From positions 720 through 64,719 of the forward strand of contig DASCPX010000147.1 of the NCBI GenBank assembly GCA_036012755.1: a stretch of 64,000 nucleotides of DNA, in the 5' to 3' direction. This document shows, one piece after another, positions 36,541 to 45,528 of this stretch; within the stretch, counting starts at the first letter, position 1, and every line of letters begins with the position of its first letter. Position numbers and translations under genes: made by a program. The notes under the pieces are model-generated. The model was not told the origin of the DNA. It searched no databases and was given only the letters and a program-made list of their open reading frames with translations. This stretch comes from Myxococcota bacterium (lineage in GTDB: Bacteria > Myxococcota_A > UBA796 > CAJQPC01).

Positions 36541-37574
36541 GCTGGGCTCGCCGACGCCAGCGCATGCTCGCAGAGGCGCTGTTCCACCTCTACGCCTTGC
36601 GCGTCCTGATCCGCCCGATGTCCGCGCTGGCGGTCGTCTGGGTCATCGGAGCCGTGCTGCACAGCTTCTTTGGCGCACCGGTCGGACAGCCGGATCCGAG
36701 CTGGTCCGAGTCCTTCTTCATCTCGTACAACCTGCTCTTCATGGAGCACCTCACGGACCTCCCGGAGCATCCCATCGGGCAGGTCGTGCAGTACACCCAG
36801 CCGTTGTTCGGCATCTTCCTGCTCGCCGAGGGCGTCGTGAAGCTCGGCATCACCGTGTTTCGCAAGGAAGAGAACCAGGAGAAGTGGATGTCCATCGTCG
36901 CAGGCACCTCGAAGGGCCACGTGATCCTCTGCGGGCTCGGAAACGTCGGCTTCCGGGTGCTGGAGGAGCTCGCCTCGCTCGGTCACGATGTCTTCGCGGT
37001 CGAGATCGACGGCGACTGCGCGAACCTCGACCGAGCTCGGGAGCTCGGGGCCGAGGTCCTCGTCACCGACGCCCGAGGGGAGGGCACCCTGCAGACCCTG
37101 AACCTGGCACGTGCGCGGGCGCTGATCGTGGCCACCGATGACGACCTCGCGAACCTCGAGATCGCGATGGACGCCCGCGAGCTCGACGGCGAGGTGCCCA
37201 TAGTGCTCCGCCTCTTCGACCAGCGCCTGGCGGACAAGGTGAAGTCCTCGCTCGGCTTCGAGGTGAGCTTCTCCACCTCCAAGCTGGCCGCTCCGCTCCT
37301 GGCCGCGGCTGCCCTCGACGGCGCCGTGGTCGGGGCCCATCGGGTCGGGGAGCACGTCCTCGTCGTCATGGAGCTCAGCATCGACGGCCTCGCCGGGAAG
37401 AAGGTCTCCGAGCTGTCTCCGCTGCACGGCATCACGCCGATCGCGATCTGGAACCAGAGCTGGGAGACGTCGCCTTCCGGGACCAGGAAGCTGCAGAGGG
37501 GGGATCGGCTCCAGGTGATGGTGTCCAGCAGCCTCATGGACGAGGTCCACGCCCTGAACGCTGGAGCAGCCTGA
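36537..37574 (+). CDS. 2TM channel-like protein with TrkA-N (RCK) and TrkA-C domains
   Basis: HVILCGLGNVG Rossmann motif, ATDDDLANL. Confidence 0.85.
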   Translation: MSWARRRQRMLAEALFHLYALRVLIRPMSALAVVWVIGAVLHSFFGAPVGQPDPSWSESFFISYNLLFMEHLTDLPEHPIGQVVQYTQPLFGIFLLAEGVVKLGITVFRKEENQEKWMSIVAGTSKGHVILCGLGNVGFRVLEELASLGHDVFAVEIDGDCANLDRARELGAEVLVTDARGEGTLQTLNLARARALIVATDDDLANLEIAMDARELDGEVPIVLRLFDQRLADKVKSSLGFEVSFSTSKLAAPLLAAAALDGAVVGAHRVGEHVLVVMELSIDGLAGKKVSELSPLHGITPIAIWNQSWETSPSGTRKLQRGDRLQVMVSSSLMDEVHALNAGAA

Positions 37575-37584
37575 TGCACCCGAC

Positions 37585-37745
37585 GCGGATCGCCGGGAGC
37601 TCTGGTAGGGCGACGCGGTGGTGAGGGCGCGTTGATATCGCAACCTGCCGCGTTGTAGTCGATCGTCCGATCAGCTGGTCGGGTCACCCGGCGCGTCCAT
37701 CACCCTCGGTGCTCGGGCCCCGGCCAGCGACAATGTCCACGAGGT
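37585..37745 (-). ncRNA. candidate structured non-coding RNA
   Basis: Unusually long intergenic gap with nested complementary segments; TAGCGT hexamer upstream on the minus strand. Confidence 0.3.
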
Positions 37746-37813
37746 GAACCCACTCCGCCTCCGATCCCCGCCTTCGAGCACGCTATAGACTTGCTCGGCC
37801 GAACTCGAGGAGC

Positions 37814-38782
37814 ATGATGCGCTGCTGGTTGGAGCATCCGGAAGGGGTCCGTCGCTGGATCGGTCCTGGTGGCCTGCTGCTCGGGCGCGAAGCCGACTGC
37901 GACCTCGTCTTCGAGGACTCCCGCATCAGCCGGCACCACGCGCTGGTCCGCCACGGAAAGCCCGGCCCCGAGATCATCCACATGGGGCGCAACCCCAGCA
38001 AGGTGAACGGCAAGCGCGACGAGGGCAGCCGCGCGCTCACCGACGGCGACGAGATCGAGCTCCCCGGTGGCCAGGTGCTCCGCGTAGGGATCGCCGACGC
38101 CAACAGCCGTCGGAGCCCGATGGCCTGGATCGTCGAGCGCGCCCTGGGCGGGCGCTACGGCATCCGGCGCTACCCCTTCAGCATCGGCGGGACCCAGGAC
38201 GACGACCTCTCCTTCCGCAGCTGGCCGGGCGAGGCCCTGGTCGTCCGCCGCGCCCAGGGCTCGCTCTTCCTCCAGTCCACCGTGCCCTGCCAGTACAACG
38301 GCGAGGACCTCGAGGAGATGACGCCGGTGTTCCCTGGAGACAGGGTCGAGGTCGAGGGCGAGATGCTCCGCTTCTCCCTGGTCGGACAGGACGGCGAGCG
38401 CGTCACGGTGGTCCCGGAGCGCGCTCAGCGCATCGTCGCCCTGACGCTGTCGTTCCTGCCCACCGGCGGTCGCCTCGTCGTGAAGTTCAACGACGACGAG
38501 ACCCAGGTCTACATGCCGGAGCGGCGCTTCGCGCTCATCGCGACCCTGTTGAGCCCCGTCGGTCTCGACCCGGGCGACTACATCGAGGACGAGGTCGTCT
38601 GCAGCCGCGTCTGGCCCCGCAACCCGAACAAGGGACGCGAGCACGTCAACGTGCTGCTCAAGCGAGCGCGAGAGGACCTCGTCAAGGCGGGCCTCAACGG
38701 CTTCAAGCTGCTCGAGCGGGCCCGCGGGGGTGGCGCAACTCGCTTCGCCCTGCCCAACGGCTGCGAGGTGGAGATCAAGTGA
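37814..38782 (+). CDS. FHA domain protein with probable C-terminal winged-helix domain
   Basis: LGR..CDL...ISRHHA...N FHA motifs; C-terminal VWP...VNVLLKRAREDL. Confidence 0.8.
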   Translation: MMRCWLEHPEGVRRWIGPGGLLLGREADCDLVFEDSRISRHHALVRHGKPGPEIIHMGRNPSKVNGKRDEGSRALTDGDEIELPGGQVLRVGIADANSRRSPMAWIVERALGGRYGIRRYPFSIGGTQDDDLSFRSWPGEALVVRRAQGSLFLQSTVPCQYNGEDLEEMTPVFPGDRVEVEGEMLRFSLVGQDGERVTVVPERAQRIVALTLSFLPTGGRLVVKFNDDETQVYMPERRFALIATLLSPVGLDPGDYIEDEVVCSRVWPRNPNKGREHVNVLLKRAREDLVKAGLNGFKLLERARGGGATRFALPNGCEVEIK

Positions 38783-39264
38783 CCCGTCCAGGCGACGATC
38801 TCCTCGCGGAGGCGCTGGAGCTCTCAGGGAGCTTCGAGCTGGATCCGGAGCTCATCGAGCGCCTCCGGCAGCTTCCGATCCTGCGTACGGTGCGCCTCGA
38901 CCGCTGCCTGGCCGTGGACGACTCGGTCGTGGAGATGGTCGCGAAGGTCCCGCAGCTTCGGGATCTGGACCTCGCCTACACCTCGATAACAGACGAGTCC
39001 CTGCGGCATCTCGCTGGCCACGGACGCCTGAAGCGCCTGCGCCTGACCTGGTGCACGCAGATCACCGATGCCGGTCTCGTCCACTTGCAGCGGCTGCCCC
39101 TGCGCCGCCTGGACCTTGCGTTCACGAACGTCACGGACGCGGGACTGGAGCACTTGCGGGTGCTGCGTAGCCTCGAGGAGCTCAACCTCTCGAGCTGCCC
39201 GCGGATCACCCCGGCGGGCCTGTCCTGCCTGCCGGCGGGGTTGAAGCTCATCCTCGCGGAGTGA
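38779..39264 (+). CDS. leucine-rich repeat protein
   Basis: Repeats LRDLDLAYTSITD, LRLTWCTQITDAGL, LDLAFTNVTDAGL. Confidence 0.85.
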   Translation: MTRPGDDLLAEALELSGSFELDPELIERLRQLPILRTVRLDRCLAVDDSVVEMVAKVPQLRDLDLAYTSITDESLRHLAGHGRLKRLRLTWCTQITDAGLVHLQRLPLRRLDLAFTNVTDAGLEHLRVLRSLEELNLSSCPRITPAGLSCLPAGLKLILAE

Positions 39265-41000
39265 TCCTCCTCCTCGCCTGTCGGTGCGGCGCTCCCGCTG
39301 ACACCGGGGAACATCGCCCCCGCGAACCCTGCGCGGACCACCGCCCGGAGAAGCGGGTCTTGTGGGGAGACACCCACATCCACACGGCGCTGTCATTCGA
39401 CGCCTACGCCTACGAGGTCCGTGCCTGGCCAGAGGACGCCTGGCGTTTCGCGCGGGGCGAGGAGGTCGATCTCGGCTTCGACACCAGGCAGCTCGAGGTG
39501 CCGCTGGACTTCGCCGCCATCACGGACCACGCGGAGTACCTCGCCGAGATCCCCGCCTGCGTCGAGATGGGCTCGGACGCCTACGACACCGAAACCTGCA
39601 CGGACTACCGCGACAGCAGCACCTCCAGGGCGGTCCAGCTCTTCGGCCTGAAGATGTCGATGGAGGACCCCGATCGCTTCGACGACATCTGCTCGGTCAT
39701 CGACTGCGAGCTCGAGGCACGCCGGAGCTGGCAGCTCGTCCAGGACGCCGCCGAAGAGGCCTACGACCGGAGCTCGGCCTGCGAGTTCACGAGCTTCGTC
39801 GCATACGAGTGGAGCGGGACGCCGAACGTCGCCAACCTCCACCGCAACGTCATCTTCGCCAACTGGAAGGTGCCGGAGCAGCCCACGACCTACTTCGAGG
39901 TCCAGACCGCGGAGGGCCTGTGGGACGCGCTGGAGCGCGACTGCCTCGAGGGCCGAGCAGGCTGCGGGGTCCTGGCCATCCCCCACAACGGGAACACGAG
40001 CAACGGGACGCTGTTCTCCTTCGACGGCTCCGCGGACGACGCGGCTCGGCGAGCGCGCTTCGAGCCCCTCGTCGAGATCTACCAGCACAAGGGGGACAGC
40101 GAGTGCCGCATGGGCTTCTTCGGCGCCGACGAGTTCTGTGGGTTCGAGAAGGTCCGCCTCGACGAGGATGTCGAAGACTGCGGAGACGAGACCGGCAGCG
40201 GCGGGTTGACATACGCAGGCTGCCAGGCGGACCGGGACTTCCTCCGGGGCATGCTGGCCCTGGGACTGGAGATCGACGAGGACCTCGGCGAGAACCCCTT
40301 CCGGGTCGGCGTGCTGGCCGCCACCGACACCCACTCCGCGACCCCCGGCGCTGTCTCCGAGGAGCGCTATGCCGGGCACCTGGGCAGCGCCGAGGACGAG
40401 GCCGAAGAGCGCCTCTCGTTGCCGAGGCTCAACCCTGGCGGCGTCATCGACAGCGGGGGCGGGCTGATGGCCGTGTGGGCAGAGGACAACAGCCGCGAGG
40501 CGATCTTCGCTGCGATGGAGCGTCGAGAGGTCTACGGAACGAGCGGGCCCCGGATCGAGCTCGCCGTGACCTCCGCAGACGGCACGCCGATGGGCGGGGT
40601 GCTCCCTTCCGGTGCCGAGGCGACCTTCACCATCCGGGCGGTCGCGGACGAGGTCCCGCTGGAGCGCGTCCAGGTGATCCGTGGCTGGCTGTCGGAGGCC
40701 GGTGAGGCCCAGCTGGAGGTCCTGGACGTGGCCGGCTCGGCGGTGGAGGATCCAGACCTCGAGACCTGCGAGCCGAGCCCGGGCGGATCCGAGCTCCTCG
40801 AGCTCACGTGGACCGACTCTCAGTGGGCGGGAGAGCCCGCGTTCTGGTACGTGCGTGTCCTGGAGAGCCCGACCTGTCGGTGGTCCTGGCGGGACTGCCT
40901 GGGCTTCGACGAAGAGGCCCGCCCGGAGACCTGCGACGACGAGTCGGTCCCGAGGATCATCAGGGAGCGTGCTTGGAGCTCGCCGATCTGGGCGGGTTAG
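39261..41000 (+). CDS. DUF3604 (PHP-like metallohydrolase) lipoprotein
   Basis: WGDTHIHT, ITDHAE, NLHRNVIF, IPHNGNTSNG, ERAWSSPIW. Confidence 0.9.
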   Translation: MILLLACRCGAPADTGEHRPREPCADHRPEKRVLWGDTHIHTALSFDAYAYEVRAWPEDAWRFARGEEVDLGFDTRQLEVPLDFAAITDHAEYLAEIPACVEMGSDAYDTETCTDYRDSSTSRAVQLFGLKMSMEDPDRFDDICSVIDCELEARRSWQLVQDAAEEAYDRSSACEFTSFVAYEWSGTPNVANLHRNVIFANWKVPEQPTTYFEVQTAEGLWDALERDCLEGRAGCGVLAIPHNGNTSNGTLFSFDGSADDAARRARFEPLVEIYQHKGDSECRMGFFGADEFCGFEKVRLDEDVEDCGDETGSGGLTYAGCQADRDFLRGMLALGLEIDEDLGENPFRVGVLAATDTHSATPGAVSEERYAGHLGSAEDEAEERLSLPRLNPGGVIDSGGGLMAVWAEDNSREAIFAAMERREVYGTSGPRIELAVTSADGTPMGGVLPSGAEATFTIRAVADEVPLERVQVIRGWLSEAGEAQLEVLDVAGSAVEDPDLETCEPSPGGSELLELTWTDSQWAGEPAFWYVRVLESPTCRWSWRDCLGFDEEARPETCDDESVPRIIRERAWSSPIWAG

Positions 41001-41952
41001 AACCGCCGCTGGATGCCCAGTGTCCCCGAGTAGATCCACCCCGTGGTGGAGGGCAGGGTCGGCTGGGGGTAGACCAGGTCGCTCTCGGACGAGTCGACGC
41101 CGTGCCCGAGCAGGTAGAGGGTGAACGGAATCTCCAGGAAGAAGCCGGTCTTCTCTCCCAGGTTCCACATCGCGCCCCCGCCGAGGGTGACGCCGAGGAT
41201 GGCGCGGGCCGGGTAGCGGTCGCCGCCTTCGACGTCCACAGCGCCCATTCCGGTCACGCCGACACCCGTGAGCCAGTAGAACGCGCCTGCCGATTGCTGG
41301 GCGAAGAAGATGCGGAAGCGCGGCTCCACCTGGGCGATCCAGTAGGGCCGAGCTTCGATCGACTCCTGGCCGTAGTCGGCGATCTGCTGATCCTCGTCGA
41401 GGACCGTGTAGCCGAGGGTCCACTGCTTGCTACCCAGGATCAGGTTGCCGCGCAGGCCCAGCTCGACGACGTCGGCGAAGCGAAGGCCGAAGCCAGCGCC
41501 GAGTCGGAAGCCCTGGGCCAGGGTCAGCCCGTCGGCGTCTGGGTGCCCGAGCTGTCGGAGGCCACGCGCTCGTCGATCACGCGGGCGATCCCGCCCTTGC
41601 TGACGCCGCCATCGAGCTCGACGTAGAGGGCGATCGGCTTCTCGACCGCGTCTGCGACCCGTGGGGGCAGGGCGGTCTCCGGGCTCGAGCCCACCGGGTA
41701 GTCGGGGGTCGGCTGGTCCGGCCAGAGGTAGGCGCTCTGGGTGACGGCGCCGGTGCTGTCGAGGTGCTGGAAGAGCTGGGGGAAGCTCGTGCTCCGAACC
41801 TCGGCCCGGTGACCGTCGAAGCGGAGGTGGCCATCGCTGGTGGGCGCGAGCACCATCTGTGAACCGCTCGCCGGATCGTGCTCCAGGTAGAGCTCTTGCA
41901 CCGGGTGCTGCTCGGGCACCACCGTCAGGGCGAAGGCGAACGATGCGAGCAA
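40997..41952 (-). pseudogene. frameshifted outer-membrane beta-barrel protein (or sequencing error)
   Basis: The signal-bearing ORF 41524-41952 continues in another frame as LTLAQGFRLGAGFGLRF...GIQRRF; one added base near 41530 would join them. Confidence 0.65.
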
Positions 41953-42004
41953 GGTCCACGCATTCGGGCTTTAATGGTCTCGCAGGTGGAGTGAGGAGAC
42001 AACG

Positions 42005-42895
42005 ATGATCATAGCGTTGACAGCCCTTGGCTGCGTTGGCAGCACGGGTGAGTCCGGCCTGGACAGCAGCGCCGAGTGTGGAAGCACAGAAGGCTTCGTC
42101 TACGGCACCGTCACCCGCGGCAGCTCGCCAGCGGCCGCGGCGACCGTGAAGGCCTACCCGGGCGGCGAGGAGGAAGGCTCGATCCGGACACAGACCAACA
42201 CCGACGGACAGTACGAGCTCAACCTGACCGGCGGCGTCGACTGGGTCATCACCTCCTGGGACAACAGCGACTGCTACAGCGACGACCAGACCGTCTCCGT
42301 GGTCGAGTGCGTCGAGGAGGAGATCGACTTCGACCTCGACGAGTGCATCAGCGCCGACAAGCCGAACCTCTACCTCTACCCGGACGAACCCACGAAGATG
42401 TCCGTACGGCTGAGGCTGGACCCCAAGCAGAACGTCATCGCCAGCGAGCCTGCGTACGAGGACGGCTGGGCGGGTGTCGCGTGGCCGGACGGCACGTGGA
42501 CTCAGGGCGGAGAGCGCTTCGACTTCCTGTTCTACGAGGTCGGCCTGACCCCTTCGCAGCACGCCTCCCTGCGCACAAAGCGCGGGATGTGCGCCCAGGA
42601 TCTCAGCCAGATCACTGATATCGTTCGCGAATACGGCTTCGATGAGCGAGAGGTCTCGGACTTCCACGAGGCCTGGGTCGAGGACCTCCCCGACGCGGAT
42701 CTGTACGCGGTGTACCCCCAGCGCCACGTCGCCCGTCTCGCCGGCCTCCAGCTGGACCCGCCGCTGCGCGTCGAGCGTCTGTGGCTCGTGATCGAGCCCG
42801 CAGAGTCCTGCGATCTCGCACCGATGGACATCCACCCGGTGGATCGGAGCGGCGCCCATGCCGTCGAGTGGGGCGTCGTGCTCGACGGGTTCTAA
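42005..42895 (+). CDS. lipoprotein with carboxypeptidase-regulatory-like domain and KPxxYLYP domain
   Basis: GAGGAG RBS, LGC lipobox, TNTDGQYELNL, KPNLYLYP, VEWG. Confidence 0.78.
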   Translation: MIIALTALGCVGSTGESGLDSSAECGSTEGFVYGTVTRGSSPAAAATVKAYPGGEEEGSIRTQTNTDGQYELNLTGGVDWVITSWDNSDCYSDDQTVSVVECVEEEIDFDLDECISADKPNLYLYPDEPTKMSVRLRLDPKQNVIASEPAYEDGWAGVAWPDGTWTQGGERFDFLFYEVGLTPSQHASLRTKRGMCAQDLSQITDIVREYGFDEREVSDFHEAWVEDLPDADLYAVYPQRHVARLAGLQLDPPLRVERLWLVIEPAESCDLAPMDIHPVDRSGAHAVEWGVVLDGF

Positions 42896-44277
42896 AGCCA
42901 GGACAGCGGCGGGAGCTCCAGGCGCGCGACGACTCCGACGCAGAGGTCGGGGGCGGAGCCGAAGAGGCCGTCGCCCAGGTCCTCGTAGTCCCAGACCGTG
43001 GCTCTCGAGGCCCCCTCGAAGCCGAGGGTGATGCCCGAGGGATGTTCGCGGGTCGGCTTGCGCTCCACCGGAGGAAGCCGGACCTCGACGAGGCCGTCCC
43101 GCGGGCCGTCCACGGTCCTTGGCGGGAGCCTCCGGCGAGCCTGGATGCGCACGGCGTCGGGGTCCAGGCCAAGGGCCACGTGCAGGGTCTCGGTCGGGTA
43201 GCTGATCCCGTGGCTGCTGTGCTTGCAGCGCAACAGGGGGCGCCCGTGCCCCGCGAGGACGAAGACCGTGTCCTGGCTGTGCTCGAAGAACTCGCCCGGG
43301 ACCAGGGGGAGTCCGTAGCGCCGGAAGCTGGGGATGGACGGCAGGCGGGGGCCGCCGAACTCCAGGAAGCTGAAGCCGAGCGGACCTGGGAGGCTCAAGC
43401 CCATCATCTTGGTCGCTCACTCGCTCGCCACCTCGAGGTGGTGGAAGTCGCTGCGGCGCTCCCAGCTCAACCGGAAGGAGGTCGCCCCGTGGCGGACCTC
43501 GGTGAAGCGGTCCTCGAGCAGCACCTCGCCGACCCGCTTGGGCAGGCCGAAGAGCTCTCGCCCGACCAGCGTGGCCATGCGATCGTCCGGTCGGATCCAC
43601 CGGCTCTCGAGGCAGAGCTGGGGCGGGCGGCCGGAGATCAGGCGGGGCGCGAAGATGGCGGCCTCCCTGTAGGTCATGGTCTCCGCGCCGGGGGTCACGA
43701 CCTTCGGGTAGTCGGCGAGCGCCAGGAGCGTCCCGCAGCCGGGCGAAAAGGGCAGGGCGCGGGCGGGCTTCCTCGCGGGCCACGGCGGGAGGTCGAGGGC
43801 CACCAGCACGAGTCGGGTCTGGAGGAGCTCATAGGGTCCGGGCCTGATCCTGCCGTCTTCGTCCAAGCGGTCGTGAAGGGAGCGGAGCTGTTCCTCTTCC
43901 CGCTCGTCGAGCTCCTCGAATCACCGCTGCAGCTCCTCTGCGATGGCGCCGAAGAGCTCGATCGGGGCGGGGTCGCCCACGGGAACACGGATGGCGCTGG
44001 TTCGGTCGGATGCGCGGAACAGCTGGCTCCGGTGGGTCGTGGGCCCGGCGATGGCCGTGTCGAAGACGAGCCGGTCTGCGCCCACCGTCCGTCCGAAGCC
44101 GATCCCCAGGTGGCGGCCGCTGCCCTCGAGGACGAGGAGGAGGTCGTCGTCGAGCTTGTGTTCTTCCCACCGCTCCAAGCCGATCACACGGGCGGCCTCG
44201 ACGAGCGCGTCTGGGACGCCGGCGATCCTCGCCCGGAGCTGTTCGGTCTCTGTTGTCCGAAGGGCTCTCTCGTCCAC
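42892..44277 (-). pseudogene. acetoacetate-decarboxylase-like protein interrupted by two in-frame TGA codons
   Basis: Three ORFs in one frame separated only by TGA at 43921-43923 and 43417-43419; YREAAI and GRELFGLPK motifs. Confidence 0.65.
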
Positions 44278-44317
44278 GAGGCACGATAGGCCAGGCGCCC
44301 GACTCAGGCGGTGACCG

Positions 44318-44713
44318 TCACGGACCCAGGAGGCTCGCGCTCCTCCTGAGGGCATCCGCCACCCCCCGCAGCGCCCCGGGCGAGGGCGGCACCCCTCCTG
44401 CCACGATGCCCGAGGCCACGAGGACCGCGGCCACACCCAGGGTCAGCCCGGCGGCTTCGCGGGCGTCGCCTTCCAAGGCCTCGAGCTCATCGAGATCGAG
44501 CTGCCATTGCCTGAGCAGCTCGTGCACCAGGGCCGGCGGGTGACCCTCGCCAGAGAGCGCCGAGAGCGGCTCGACCCTCTCCGCATAGAGCGCCCGGAGC
44601 TCTGACAGGGGCGGGTCGGCGAGCTCCACCCGGTACAACAGGCGCACTTCTTGTTGCGTGGCCGGCCGCAAGCTGCGCCGGTGCTTCCTCAGCCAGTCGG
44701 TGACCTCTCGCAC
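44318..44713 (-). CDS. hypothetical protein
   Basis: 131 aa ORF with TAGCGT 6 nt before the GTG. Confidence 0.55.
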   Translation of the reverse strand: MREVTDWLRKHRRSLRPATQQEVRLLYRVELADPPLSELRALYAERVEPLSALSGEGHPPALVHELLRQWQLDLDELEALEGDAREAAGLTLGVAAVLVASGIVAGGVPPSPGALRGVADALRRSASLLGP

Positions 44714-44722
44714 CGCGCAACG

Positions 44723-45331
44723 CTACCCGAGGGAGTCGATCCACCTGCGATGACCAGCGGAGAGGTCGACGAAGCGGGCCTGGGCGATGCGCTCGCCTGT
44801 GCCCGGCGCGACCTGGACGGACTCGATCTTCATCAGGACCGGGAGCGGTCGAGCCCCGCTCGCCGAGACCCGCCCGCGTACGCGTCGACCCTGGATGTGA
44901 CGGGCGAAGATCGCGCTGAAGGTGAAGGTGACGCCGCGATGATCGAGGCGGCCCAGCGGAGCAGGGACCCACTCCTCGTCGATGAAGAGCTCGAGCTCGG
45001 TCGCGCTCGGCAGCCTGGTGCGGCCCATCGACTCTCTCGTGACCGTCGCGGGAACGGCCAGCAGCATGCGCCCGCTGCTCTCGAAGCCGACGAGCTGGGT
45101 CAAGAAGCTGAAGCTGCCTGCGGCGCCCTGGCTGCGCACCTTGAGCGGCACGCCGGCGCGAGGCCGCAGCGCTCGGGCGCGACCGAGGAAGGGAATGCGT
45201 CGGCTGTAGGGCGCAAACAGCGCGCCATCGAGGTCCGGCTGTCCGGGACACCGAAGGGAGGCGTAGTCCTGCTGGGGCAGGATTTCGGCCAGAAGCTCGC
45301 CGACGAGGTCCATGCGCGCGACGGTGGTCAC
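44723..45331 (-). CDS. YcgR/PilZ-like protein with degenerate c-di-GMP motifs
   Basis: Two beta-rich domains, FSFLTQL...LAVP linker, C-terminal ARFVDLS; no RxxxR or DxSxxG. Confidence 0.5.
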   Translation of the reverse strand: MTTVARMDLVGELLAEILPQQDYASLRCPGQPDLDGALFAPYSRRIPFLGRARALRPRAGVPLKVRSQGAAGSFSFLTQLVGFESSGRMLLAVPATVTRESMGRTRLPSATELELFIDEEWVPAPLGRLDHRGVTFTFSAIFARHIQGRRVRGRVSASGARPLPVLMKIESVQVAPGTGERIAQARFVDLSAGHRRWIDSLG

Positions 45332-45518
45332 GCGCTCTTCTCGCCCAGCTGCTCCTCGAGCCACGTGCGACCGGCTTTCTCCATGCGCACGATGCGTCAC
45401 CCGCAGTACTCCAGGCCCGTCCCTGGGGCCTCCCCGAGCTTGGTCGCCTGGAGGAGCACCTGGCTGCCTTCACCGCGGCCACGCTCGACTCGGGCGCGCA
45501 AGCGACGAGCCAGAGCAT
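45328..45518 (-). pseudogene. degraded small lipoprotein gene
   Basis: MLWLVAC start, frameshift, then GEGSQVLL...YCG(TGA)RIVRMEK...SA* coupled to the next gene by GTGA. Confidence 0.5.
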
Positions 45519-45528
45519 GCCACCGACC

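Noticed and set aside
41524-41560. Sec read-through at the TGA ending ORF 41524-41952
   Set aside because: The barrel continues in a different frame, so this is a frameshift and not read-through
12784-44725. TAG read-through (pyrrolysine) at in-frame junctions 24012 and 44723
   Set aside because: Flanking proteins look independent, and the same TAGCGT precedes an out-of-frame start at 12773, which fits a promoter role
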